Positions 1 through 9,187 of a DNA stretch of 64,000 bases are shown piece by piece (the first letter of the stretch is position 1; each line of letters starts with the position of its first letter). The position numbers were made by a program, and so were the translations under genes. The stretch covers positions 45,031 through 109,030 of the forward strand of contig JAZSJH010000007.1 in assembly GCA_045534265.1 (NCBI GenBank), read 5' to 3'. This DNA is from Clostridia bacterium. Its GTDB lineage: Bacteria; Bacillota; Clostridia; Christensenellales; UBA1242. Below the pieces are notes generated by a model that ran no database searches, was not told where the DNA came from, and saw nothing but the letters and a program-made list of their open reading frames with translations.

Positions 1-2661
1 GGTATAAGAATTAATATTGGTGAGTTGTGTGACGAAAGAAAAGATGACGCCGATAGATTTGGTGCAACAAAAGCTATTGCAAAAGAACTATCAGATATTA
101 TCTTAAAATCTAACAACCTGACACTAAAACTTCTTCACTATCATACATCAACTATCGAAGAAGATACTAACGCTTGGCTAAAACTTGCAAAAGGTCTTGT
201 TGTTAACTTTTACAAACCACTTCGTAAAGAGCACAAAACACTAGAGTATATTGACCTTGGCGGTGGACTTCCTGCTCAATACGATTATGATTTTAATTTT
301 AATTACAAAAACTTTGCGAACAAGTTAATAAAAATGCTTTCTGATACTTGTGCAGAACACGCAGTTATGCCACCAAGTATTATCGGCGAATATGGTAGAT
401 ATACAGTTGCAGATAGTGGTTTCCATATCACAAAGGTAACTTATTCTAAGAAATTAAGAAATAACATTTGGTATATTCTTAAAAACTCAATTATGGGTTC
501 TTTCCCGGATTCTTGGGCTTTGAAACAAAACTTCATTGTTTTACCACTTAACCTATGGGGAAATCCTGTAGAAAAAGTAAAACTAGGTGGAGCTACTTGT
601 GACCCAGATGACGTATATTATGCCCAAAACGGCAAAAAGTATATTGAGCTTCCACAAATCAATGAAGGCGAAACACTATATCTTGCTTTCTTTGCAACAG
701 GCGCTTATCAACAAATGATTGCTGGCGTTGGTGGAACTCACCACTGTATGATTGCTGAAGGTAGACAAATTGTTATCTACAAAAATCAAGGTCAGCTAAC
801 TATTGATGCTGTAGAAAAAGTAAAAGAAGAATACACTCTAAACCTAAGATATGCAGACCAAACATACTTAAAGAGATATGTAGAACCAGAAACAACACCT
901 ATCAACACTTATGTAAAACACGGTAAATACAGAGTGGTTATAGGCGAAGATGTAGACGAAAAACTATACAAAAAGACAATGGTTCTTGACAAAAAAGTAT
1001 TTGACGAATTTTTGGCTGACGACTCACTAAAAACTGTTTGGTACAACAAATGTCCAAAATTAACAGTTGCTTTGGTAAATAACGAAAACAACAACGTAGT
1101 TGGTTATATTACTTGTTATCCAATCAAAGACCAAGCATTTAGAAACTTTGTTGGTAAAAAGATTACTTACTTTGACCTAAAAGAAAAAGATATTGACGAC
1201 CTATCAAAACCAGGTTATTACAATCTATATTACTTTAGTACAGTCGTAGATCCTGCACTTCAAGGTAAATACATTGTAGACCCAGAAAACGAACTTCTTC
1301 ATAACAAAAAAGTCTTCACTATCCTAAACGAAGCTTTGGTTGAAGTAATTTCAAATCTTGCATCAAAAGGTGTTATGTTCAAAACATTCTTGTTTGACTC
1401 TATTGCACCTAGCATTGATAAATATGCTGCTGGTTACAACCTACTTCCTATCCAAAATAGAGAAGCAGACGAAGTTGTTAACTACGCTAACGAATTTTCA
1501 CCAAAATGTTTTGAAATGTCTAAAAATGCAGATAAGCTAAACAGATACTATCAAGAAGCTCCAACAGGAATTAAAAAGATAGAATCTACACCACTTAAAG
1601 ATGGCTTTACTGCACTATCAGACTTTGATCCACACCAAAAACTATATATCCTATGGCCAGAAAGACCTGACGTATGGAGAAACAACGCTCAAGAAGCACA
1701 AAAAACATTCTACAACCTTATCAAACAAATAAGCGAATACGAAAAAATCGTTGTTGGTGTTACAAATCTAAATGAATTTGATCATAAAAAATTCCCATTC
1801 AATGACAATGTTCAATTGATTGAAATTAAACATAATGACTCATGGGCGAGAGACACAGGACCTATCGGTCTTGTAAATCCAGAAACAGGCGAACACAGAG
1901 CAGCAATCTTTGGCTTTAACGCTTATGGTGGAGCTTCAGAAGGTTTGTATTGTGCATGGAACCTAGATCGTAAGATTGCTCTAGAGATGTGTAAAAATGA
2001 AAATATGGATTATTATGATACATCTAGTATGGTGCTAGAAGGTGGTTCAGTTGTAGCTAATGGTAAAGGTACATTGATTACAACAGAAGAATGCCTACTT
2101 AACAAAAACAGAAACCCACATATGACAAAAGAAAAAATTGAACAAAGATTGAAAGATTATATGGGTATCAAAAAAATTATTTGGTTAAACAAAGGTATCT
2201 ACAATGACGAGACAAATGGTCACGTAGATAATATCTGTAACTTCGTAACTGAAGATGAAGTAATTCTTGCTTGGCCAAAAAATGAAGATGATGAACAATA
2301 TGCAATTTCGCTAGAAAATTATAATATTCTTGTTAACTCAACAACAGCCGAAGGAAAACCAATCAAGGTTCACAAACTAATTCTTCCTGATGTATTGCGT
2401 ATAACAAAAGAAGAAGGCGAGGGCATTGTAACAAAAGCAAGTTCTCAACCAAGAGTAGAAGGAGAGAGAATGGCTGCATCATATATCAATATGCTTGTAT
2501 CAGATAAATTCGTTATCCTTCCTGCATTTAATGATAGCAGTGATAAAGAAGCTGCAAAACTTATGCAAAAGATTTATCCAGACAAGAAAGTTATATCTTT
2601 CTATTCTAGAGAAATTTTGCTAGGCGGCGGAAATATCCACTGTATCACAAAACACCTATAA
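1..2661 (+). CDS. Fusion protein: Orn/DAP/Arg-family (SpeA-like arginine) decarboxylase + central GNAT-like domain + agmatine deiminase; 5' end outside window
   Basis: Frame 1 is open from nt 1 (GIRINIGE...), so the TTG at 25 is not the true start. The N part has type-III PLP decarboxylase motifs (YIDLGGGLP, GEYGRYTVADSG, CDPDD, GAYQQM..HHCM). The C part has agmatine deiminase motifs (LYILWPERPDVW, SWARDTGP, GHVDN, GGGNIHCITKH). A terminator follows. Confidence 0.8.
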   Translation, partial: GIRINIGELCDERKDDADRFGATKAIAKELSDIILKSNNLTLKLLHYHTSTIEEDTNAWLKLAKGLVVNFYKPLRKEHKTLEYIDLGGGLPAQYDYDFNFNYKNFANKLIKMLSDTCAEHAVMPPSIIGEYGRYTVADSGFHITKVTYSKKLRNNIWYILKNSIMGSFPDSWALKQNFIVLPLNLWGNPVEKVKLGGATCDPDDVYYAQNGKKYIELPQINEGETLYLAFFATGAYQQMIAGVGGTHHCMIAEGRQIVIYKNQGQLTIDAVEKVKEEYTLNLRYADQTYLKRYVEPETTPINTYVKHGKYRVVIGEDVDEKLYKKTMVLDKKVFDEFLADDSLKTVWYNKCPKLTVALVNNENNNVVGYITCYPIKDQAFRNFVGKKITYFDLKEKDIDDLSKPGYYNLYYFSTVVDPALQGKYIVDPENELLHNKKVFTILNEALVEVISNLASKGVMFKTFLFDSIAPSIDKYAAGYNLLPIQNREADEVVNYANEFSPKCFEMSKNADKLNRYYQEAPTGIKKIESTPLKDGFTALSDFDPHQKLYILWPERPDVWRNNAQEAQKTFYNLIKQISEYEKIVVGVTNLNEFDHKKFPFNDNVQLIEIKHNDSWARDTGPIGLVNPETGEHRAAIFGFNAYGGASEGLYCAWNLDRKIALEMCKNENMDYYDTSSMVLEGGSVVANGKGTLITTEECLLNKNRNPHMTKEKIEQRLKDYMGIKKIIWLNKGIYNDETNGHVDNICNFVTEDEVILAWPKNEDDEQYAISLENYNILVNSTTAEGKPIKVHKLILPDVLRITKEEGEGIVTKASSQPRVEGERMAASYINMLVSDKFVILPAFNDSSDKEAAKLMQKIYPDKKVISFYSREILLGGGNIHCITKHL

Positions 2662-2670
2662 TAAAAAAGA

Positions 2671-2697
2671 GAAAGTCCTGTTAGGGCTTTCTTTTTT
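2671..2697 (+). terminator. Rho-independent terminator of the decarboxylase/deiminase gene
   Basis: GAAAGTCCT-gtt-AGGGCTTTC hairpin (one G-U pair) followed by TTTTTTG, 10 nt after the stop codon. Confidence 0.7.
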
Positions 2698-2698
2698 G

Positions 2699-2727
2699 TT
2701 GTTAAAAAATATCTTGTATGGTATTAT
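2699..2727 (+). promoter_or_regulatory. Sigma-A type promoter, leaderless layout (GNAT gene)
   Basis: TTGTTA (2699-2704), 17-nt spacer, TGgTATTAT (2719-2727). The ATG at 2734 lies exactly 6 nt after the -10 hexamer, and no GGAG-like motif lies upstream. Confidence 0.55.
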
Positions 2728-2733
2728 AAAAAT

Positions 2734-3321
2734 ATGGAAATAAGAAAAGCAACCTTAAAAGACAATTTAGAAGAAATTGCAACATTAATATATTATACAG
2801 ATAAGTTTATATACCCTTATTGGTTCAAAAAAGACCAAGACTACAAACCTACTTTGGTTAAACTTATAAAATCAAAAGGTTCTTTGTTTTATTACAAAAA
2901 CATATTTGTCGCAACTCAAAACAATCACATATACGGCATAGTTGTGTGCTTTGACGACAAGTCGGTTTTGGACTATGACTACACAGATTTGTCAAAGGTA
3001 AATAAGCATTATGCTTATACTATAAAAAAATACGTTGTCCCTGTATCAAGTCACAAACAAAAAGGTTTTGTCTATATATCTAACGTCTGTGTTGCAAACA
3101 AATATAGAAGACAACATATCGGTAGATCTTTGCTAGAAAACTTATTCAAAGTATACCCAAATAAAAACTTTGAACTTGATGTTATCGCAAATAACGTACC
3201 TGCGCTAAAACTATACACAAAACAAGGTTTTGAGATTGTAAAAAAACTTAAAGGTTTTAATGGACCTTTCATGATAAAACCAAAAATATACACAATGCAA
3301 AAAATTGTAAACAAACAATAA
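2734..3321 (+). CDS. GNAT family N-acetyltransferase
   Basis: 195 aa. Acetyl-CoA binding motif A (RRQHIGRSLLENL) and C-terminal KLYTKQGFEIV, typical of the GNAT fold. Confidence 0.8.
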   Translation: MEIRKATLKDNLEEIATLIYYTDKFIYPYWFKKDQDYKPTLVKLIKSKGSLFYYKNIFVATQNNHIYGIVVCFDDKSVLDYDYTDLSKVNKHYAYTIKKYVVPVSSHKQKGFVYISNVCVANKYRRQHIGRSLLENLFKVYPNKNFELDVIANNVPALKLYTKQGFEIVKKLKGFNGPFMIKPKIYTMQKIVNKQ

Positions 3322-3322
3322 G

Positions 3323-3346
3323 ACACATTTTTAATGTGTTTTTTTG
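3323..3346 (+). terminator. Rho-independent terminator
   Basis: ACACATT-ttt-AATGTGT hairpin followed by T7, directly after the stop codon at 3319-3321. Confidence 0.65.
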
Positions 3347-3388
3347 TTGCGTATTTTTGCGATAAACAAAAGCAATATTCAAATATAT

Positions 3389-3417
3389 TTGCCTGATAAA
3401 TTTCAATTTGATATTAT
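3389..3417 (+). promoter_or_regulatory. Sigma-A type promoter, leaderless layout (ispH)
   Basis: TTGCCT (3389-3394), 17-nt spacer, TGaTATTAT (3409-3417), then 6 nt to the ATG at 3424. No SD. Same layout as the promoter at 2699-2727. Confidence 0.55.
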
Positions 3418-3423
3418 ATAAAT

Positions 3424-4323
3424 ATGGAAATAAAAATTGCAGAAACTTGTGGGCTTTGCGGTGGTTGCCAAAGGGCTTTTGATATAGTTATTCAAAAGTT
3501 GCAACAAGGAAATAACGTAACTATCTTCAAAGAAATTGTCCACAACAAAAATTTTAATACAATTTTGCGTGCATACGGAGCTATAACAAAAGAAAACTTG
3601 CAAAATCTCACAAGTGAAGAGCTTGTTATTTTGCGTGGTCACGGCGAGCCGCCAAAAACATACGAGTATCTAAAAAATAATAATATATCATATGTAGACT
3701 GTACTTGTCCTAATGTTGAAAATATCCATAAAGCCGTAGAGAAATATTCTGGTATGGGCTATGATATTGTTTTGCTTGGAAAGCACAAAGAAAAAATGCA
3801 CCCCGAAGTTGAAGGCATTGTCGGTTGGGTTTTAACAAATACTTATCTTGTCCAAGACCAAGAAGATGTAGACAAATTAAAAAATGTAAAAGATAAAAAA
3901 TTATATCTTGTATGCCAAACGACTTTTAATATGTTTTTAGCAGAAGAGTTAGTTGCCGATATCGAAAAAATAGCAAAACAAAACAACTGCGAAATCGTTA
4001 TTAACAAATCTTTGTGTTCTGCCCAAAGAGAGATAAATAAATCTTCACAAGCCTTGGCAAAACAAGTGGATTTTATGATAGTAATCGGCGGAAAAAATTC
4101 TAGCAACTCAAAAGAACTTTTTAACAATGTATCTGGTATTTGTCCAAGCATATTTATCGAAGATATTTACGAATATAAAAGTGCATTACAAAGCGCAAAC
4201 ATTACAATAAAAGATGATAGTGTTATAGGCATAACAGCAGGTGCTTCTACTATGAAAAACGAACTGCTTGCGCTACAAAAACTTATAGAAAAAGATTATA
4301 GAAACAAAACGGAGAAAAAATGA
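3424..4323 (+). CDS. ispH: 4-hydroxy-3-methylbut-2-enyl diphosphate reductase (MEP pathway)
   Basis: 299 aa. IspH/LytB pattern with three Cys-containing blocks (CGLCGGCQRAF, DCTCPNV, SLCSAQREI), HN and GHGEP blocks, VCQTT and GGKNSSNSKEL. Confidence 0.85.
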   Translation: MEIKIAETCGLCGGCQRAFDIVIQKLQQGNNVTIFKEIVHNKNFNTILRAYGAITKENLQNLTSEELVILRGHGEPPKTYEYLKNNNISYVDCTCPNVENIHKAVEKYSGMGYDIVLLGKHKEKMHPEVEGIVGWVLTNTYLVQDQEDVDKLKNVKDKKLYLVCQTTFNMFLAEELVADIEKIAKQNNCEIVINKSLCSAQREINKSSQALAKQVDFMIVIGGKNSSNSKELFNNVSGICPSIFIEDIYEYKSALQSANITIKDDSVIGITAGASTMKNELLALQKLIEKDYRNKTEKK

Positions 4324-6977
4324 AAAATTTTGACGGGATAGTATTTAGGGGGACTTTTAGAGATTATCAACAAAGAGTCCTTGATACTGTAGACAACCAT
4401 ATGCAAGATGGTAAAATAAATATAGTGGCTGCCCCTGGTAGTGGAAAAACTATTTTGGGACTTGAACTTATTCGTAGACAAAACAGCCCTTGCCTTATCT
4501 TTTCGCCAACGGTTACAATAAGAGACCAATGGGGCGAAAGATTTGAAGGTTTTTTTGTACCCGAAGGCGAAAAACTAGAAAAGTACTATTCTTCAAACCT
4601 AAACAAACTTAGTCTTCTAAATTCTATTACCTACCAAGCAATGTATTCTGCATTAAAGAAAATAAAAGTAGAAACCGAAGACGAAACAATAGATTATTCA
4701 AATATCGATTTGTTTAAGCTTGTAAAAGAGCAGGGTATAAAAACAATCTGCCTTGATGAAGCACACCACTTGCAAAACGAATGGCAAAAAGCCCTAGAGA
4801 TGTTTGTAAAAGGTCTAGATAAAGATATTGTTATCATATCTTTAACCGCAACCCCGCCATATGATGCAGGCGTTATGGAGTGGGAAAGATACCAAACAAT
4901 ATGTGGACAAATAGACGAAGAAATAAGCGTGCCTGAGCTTGTAAAAACAAACACCCTATGTCCACACCAGGACTTTGTATACCTAAACTTCCCAACCGAA
5001 AAAGAAGTTAAAAACTTCAAAGACTACAAAGAGCGTGCAAACAGCGGTATAAAAGATTTGATTGCCAGTGGTATTTTAGAGCCTGTGTATAACAATATAA
5101 TAAATACCCAAAAAGATAATTTTGACTTTTTGTATACAAATGCCAAAGAAGTAATAGCCCTTTATATATTGCTAGAAAAAGCAGGGTATAAAATCCCACG
5201 CAAACTAAAAAAGATGTTAACCACAAAAGGCGCTTTGCCAAAATTCAGCCTAAAGTATGGCGAAAGAGCTGTGAACTTTCTTTTGGCTTGTGAGATAACT
5301 ACTGAAGAGCAAAAACTAGAAATCACAAAAATCTTCAAAAAATACTCACTTATCGAAAAACGAAAAGTGTGTTTAGACCTTAACGAAAAATTAAAAAAGC
5401 AAGTCTATTCTTCTATGGGCAAGCTAAGCAGCATAGAAACAATAACCGAAAGTGAAATCAAAGCCTTGGGCAAAAATCTTCGTATGCTAATTTTGACTGA
5501 CTATATCAAAAAAGAAAGTATTAAAGATATAGGAACAACAAACGAAATATCAAACATAAGCATTGTTAGCATATTTGAAACTTTGAGAAGAAAATTTCCT
5601 AAAGAAAATATAGGTGTGTTATCTGGAAGTTTGGTTATCTTACCGGCATCTTTGAAAGAACATTTTTCAAAGACCGAAAAATTATCAGCAAAAGATTTTT
5701 CTACAAAGCCAATAGAAAACACAACCTATGCCGTGTTTAACTTCAAAGGCGGCAACAAGCAAAAAGTACAAATCGTCAGCAAGATATTCAAAGATGGACT
5801 TATTAACATTTTAGTTGGAACAAAATCTCTACTTGGGGAAGGTTGGGATTCGCCTTGCATAAACTCATTAATTCTTGCAAGCTTTGTAGGTAGCTTTATG
5901 CTGTCAAACCAAATGCGTGGCAGAGCAATAAGAATAGACAAAAACGCTCCAGACAAAGTTTCCAATATTTGGCATTTGGCGACAGTTGAGCCCGAATATA
6001 TATTGGAAGATAACTTTATCAAACGCAAAAGCAAAAAACTAACCGAACAATACTATAACACCGAGTCTTGCGATTTGGAAATGCTAGAAAGACGCTTTGA
6101 GTGTTTTGTAGGTCCTAGGGTAGAAGGCAGCGGAATAGAAAGTGGCATAGACAGAATATCTCATATTAAGCCACCATACAGCAAAGAAAATGTTGATAAA
6201 ATAAACGAAAAAACTCTAGCTCTATCTTGCCAAAGAGATTTGACAAAATCTTCTTGGAAGGCAGATGTAAGCGGCAATGCAAGGACATTTTTGGAAACTG
6301 ATGTTCCAAAAGAAAAACGCATTAGAGCCTTTACCTTCCAAAACCTACTTTTGCAAGTAATAATTACAAGCATTATGGGACTTGTTGTTTATTTTACATA
6401 CAACATGTTTATGTCAACAGGAAATATAATCACTGTCGCAGCTGGAGTTATAATAATTGGATTTTTGGTTGTGTATTCGGGCAAAATTATAGATAAAATA
6501 ATGTCCCACCTAACGCCAAAACAATCTATCAAAACAATGGCAAAAACCGTACTTCATACGCTAAAATTTATGGGCGAAATTCAAAGTGACTGTTATGTCA
6601 AAATAAAGAAAAACGAAAAAGACGATTTGACAGTTGTTCTTTGTGGGGCAAGTATTAGAGAAGAAAACTTGTTCAATACCGCAATAACAGAGATGTTTTC
6701 GCCAATAGACAATCCAAGATATATTTTGGCTAGAAAAAACATTTTCAAAGAACCTGATGTTAGAATATCTCTTGCCGTACCAAATATAATTGGTCAAAAG
6801 AAAGAATACGCCGAAGAGTTTTATAAAGAACTTCAAAAACACACCGGCAAACTTCTTCTTGTATATACCCGCAACGAATACGGCAGAAGATTTATCTTAG
6901 ATTGTCGCAAAAAATCATATATAACTCTAAACTACAAACAAATAAACAAAAAACATAAAGTTTCAAATTGGGAGTAA
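4320..6977 (+). CDS. SF2 DEAH-box helicase (ResIII/Helicase_C type) with internal transmembrane hairpin and C-terminal domain of unknown function
   Basis: 885 aa. Motif I AAPGSGKT, motif II LDEAHHL, motif III SLTATP, motifs V/VI ILVGTKSLLGEGWD and QMRGRAIR. Two hydrophobic helices at aa 676-724 (nt 6345-6491). The start ATG overlaps the ispH stop (ATGA), and a GGAG lies upstream. Confidence 0.8.
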   Translation: MKNFDGIVFRGTFRDYQQRVLDTVDNHMQDGKINIVAAPGSGKTILGLELIRRQNSPCLIFSPTVTIRDQWGERFEGFFVPEGEKLEKYYSSNLNKLSLLNSITYQAMYSALKKIKVETEDETIDYSNIDLFKLVKEQGIKTICLDEAHHLQNEWQKALEMFVKGLDKDIVIISLTATPPYDAGVMEWERYQTICGQIDEEISVPELVKTNTLCPHQDFVYLNFPTEKEVKNFKDYKERANSGIKDLIASGILEPVYNNIINTQKDNFDFLYTNAKEVIALYILLEKAGYKIPRKLKKMLTTKGALPKFSLKYGERAVNFLLACEITTEEQKLEITKIFKKYSLIEKRKVCLDLNEKLKKQVYSSMGKLSSIETITESEIKALGKNLRMLILTDYIKKESIKDIGTTNEISNISIVSIFETLRRKFPKENIGVLSGSLVILPASLKEHFSKTEKLSAKDFSTKPIENTTYAVFNFKGGNKQKVQIVSKIFKDGLINILVGTKSLLGEGWDSPCINSLILASFVGSFMLSNQMRGRAIRIDKNAPDKVSNIWHLATVEPEYILEDNFIKRKSKKLTEQYYNTESCDLEMLERRFECFVGPRVEGSGIESGIDRISHIKPPYSKENVDKINEKTLALSCQRDLTKSSWKADVSGNARTFLETDVPKEKRIRAFTFQNLLLQVIITSIMGLVVYFTYNMFMSTGNIITVAAGVIIIGFLVVYSGKIIDKIMSHLTPKQSIKTMAKTVLHTLKFMGEIQSDCYVKIKKNEKDDLTVVLCGASIREENLFNTAITEMFSPIDNPRYILARKNIFKEPDVRISLAVPNIIGQKKEYAEEFYKELQKHTGKLLLVYTRNEYGRRFILDCRKKSYITLNYKQINKKHKVSNWE

Positions 6978-7008
6978 AAAAACTACTAGATTTTTCTAGT
7001 AGTTTTTT
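6976..7008. terminator. Bidirectional terminator between convergent helicase and glgB
   Basis: Perfect 10-bp stem AACTACTAGA-tttt-TCTAGTAGTT, flanked by an A-run on the left and a T-run on the right. Confidence 0.8.
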
Positions 7009-7009
7009 G

Positions 7010-9103
7010 TTATTTTTTTGAAGATTTTTTTGCAGTAGTTTTTGATTTTTCAGTCTTTTTTGTTGCGATTTTTTCGGTTTTTGCCTTTGCTTGTTTTTCG
7101 ACTGTTTTTTCTGGCAAGGCTTTTACAACAGGTTTTAGAACAATAGCTGTTCTTGCAGGAATGTATAACTCAATATAATTTTTACCATTAAATTTCTTTG
7201 ATGGATAAGTCATATGATATACAAGTCCATTTCCGCCGAATCTAAAATCATCACTACAAAGTGCTACTTCATAATCAGTCTCACCAAATGTTGGAACCAA
7301 TACATTTGTAAGTGATTTGTTAGGGCTAAAGTTAAAAGCAAATATAAGCCCGTGTCTATAAAAAACAATTGTTTGTTCGGGTTTTTTTAGAAGAAGTAGG
7401 TCTGGCATTCTTTGGTTAAAGATTTTGTGCTCTTTAGTTACCTTTACCATCTCTCTATCAAAATCTCCCAGCCAGCCATACTTTAGATAGCCGTTGTGAT
7501 AAAGACTCCATTGTCTTCTGCAATAGTGATAACTCCAGCCATTGCCTTCTCTAGGAAAATCTATCCACTCTGGGTGACCAAATTCGTTACCCATAAAGTT
7601 AAGATAAGACTCACCGCCACCTGCTAGAGTAAATAGCCTTATCATCTTATGAAGTGCTATTGCTCTGTCAATGATAGGGTTGTGACAAGCTCTATCCATA
7701 TCGGTATACATATTTGCATCAGCAAGTCTAAATATTATTGTTTTGTCCCCAACTAATGCTTGGTCGTGGCTTTCAACATACGCAATGCTTTTTTCGCCCG
7801 GTCTTCTTAGACACATCTCCGCCCAAAGCTTTTCGATATCCCAACTTTCGTCTTTCCATTCTTTGATTACTTTTATCCATAAATCTGGTATTCCCATAGC
7901 AAGTCTATAATCAAAACCTATTCCACCTTCTTTTATAGGTAGACACATGCCCGGCATACCAGACATATCTTCGGCTACGGTAATAGCGTCAGGTTTAACT
8001 TCTTTTATTAGGTCGTTTGCAAGTTGTAGATAGGTTACAGCTTCTACATTTGTGTTTTGAGAAAAATACATTTTGTTGTTGTCAAAAGATTGTTCTAAGC
8101 CGTGATTATGATAAAGCATAGATGTAACCCCATCAAAACGGAAGCCGTCAATATGGTATTCGTTAATCCAAAACTTTAGGTTAGAAAGCAAAAAGTGTAT
8201 TACTTCGTCTTTGCCGTAGTTAAAACATTTTGTTCCCCAAGCAGGATGCTCGCCCTGTGGTCCATCATGGAAAAATTGCCAAGTAGTACCATCAAACATA
8301 TTAATACCTTCGGCAGTGTTTTTTACTGCGTGAGAGTGAACAATATCAAGCAAAACTCTAAGCCCCAAAGAGTGAGCTTTATTTACAAGATATTTCAAGT
8401 CTTCAGGTTTTCCAAACCACGAAGAAGCAGCAAAGAAGTTTGATACTTGATACCCAAAACTACCATAATATGGGTGTTCCATTATAGCCATAAGTTGTAT
8501 TGTGTTATACCCGCAATCTTTTATCCATTGAAGTGTATAATCAGCAAATTCTCTATATGTTCCCACCCTGCCGTGTTCTTGAGCCATACCAATATGCGCT
8601 TCGTAAATATATAGGAATTTTTCTCCCTTGAAATTTTGATCAGTCCATTCAAAAGTTTTTCTGTCATCAACTATTTCGCAACACCACTCAAAAGTCTTCT
8701 TGTCTTGAACAACCCTTTTTGCATATAGCGAAATGTGCGCTGTTCTTGTCATATTAGCGTCAACAATGGTTTTGACTTTACAGCCTTCCCATAACGCATT
8801 GTCGCCATCTAGTTTTAACTCCCAAATGCCATTTTCAAGCTTGGTCATAGGATACTCAAGCCAGCGCCAGTCGTTAAAATCTCCAGTCAAATAAAGCTGA
8901 TGAGCACTAGGTGCCCACTCACGATAAACCCAATAACCATCACAATGATGAAAGCCAAAATATTCGTGACCGTTAGCAAAATCATTAAGCGTTTTTTCAC
9001 CTTTTAGCAGGCGCCATTTTGTATCGTGATAAAGATGCATACGGTAATCTATATCGCCCCTAAAAGGCTTTAGTTGTGGATTGTATTCAAATAATCGATA
9101 CAT
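7010..9103 (-). CDS. glgB: 1,4-alpha-glucan branching enzyme, eukaryote-like GH13 subfamily, with Lys-rich C-terminal tail
   Basis: 697 aa. The block YEAHIGMAQE..GYNTIQLMAIMEHPYYGSFGYQVSNFFAASSWFG..LLDIVHSHA closely parallels eukaryotic-type branching enzymes. SD GGGGGAG lies before the ATG. The last ~40 aa are K/T/E-rich. Confidence 0.9.
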   Translation of the reverse strand: MYRLFEYNPQLKPFRGDIDYRMHLYHDTKWRLLKGEKTLNDFANGHEYFGFHHCDGYWVYREWAPSAHQLYLTGDFNDWRWLEYPMTKLENGIWELKLDGDNALWEGCKVKTIVDANMTRTAHISLYAKRVVQDKKTFEWCCEIVDDRKTFEWTDQNFKGEKFLYIYEAHIGMAQEHGRVGTYREFADYTLQWIKDCGYNTIQLMAIMEHPYYGSFGYQVSNFFAASSWFGKPEDLKYLVNKAHSLGLRVLLDIVHSHAVKNTAEGINMFDGTTWQFFHDGPQGEHPAWGTKCFNYGKDEVIHFLLSNLKFWINEYHIDGFRFDGVTSMLYHNHGLEQSFDNNKMYFSQNTNVEAVTYLQLANDLIKEVKPDAITVAEDMSGMPGMCLPIKEGGIGFDYRLAMGIPDLWIKVIKEWKDESWDIEKLWAEMCLRRPGEKSIAYVESHDQALVGDKTIIFRLADANMYTDMDRACHNPIIDRAIALHKMIRLFTLAGGGESYLNFMGNEFGHPEWIDFPREGNGWSYHYCRRQWSLYHNGYLKYGWLGDFDREMVKVTKEHKIFNQRMPDLLLLKKPEQTIVFYRHGLIFAFNFSPNKSLTNVLVPTFGETDYEVALCSDDFRFGGNGLVYHMTYPSKKFNGKNYIELYIPARTAIVLKPVVKALPEKTVEKQAKAKTEKIATKKTEKSKTTAKKSSKK

Positions 9104-9187
9104 AAACTCCCCCTAAAAAATTACTTTAATTTGTCGCAAAATAACAAGAAAAAATTTTATTAATTTTGCAACTTGCTTACATAATAT

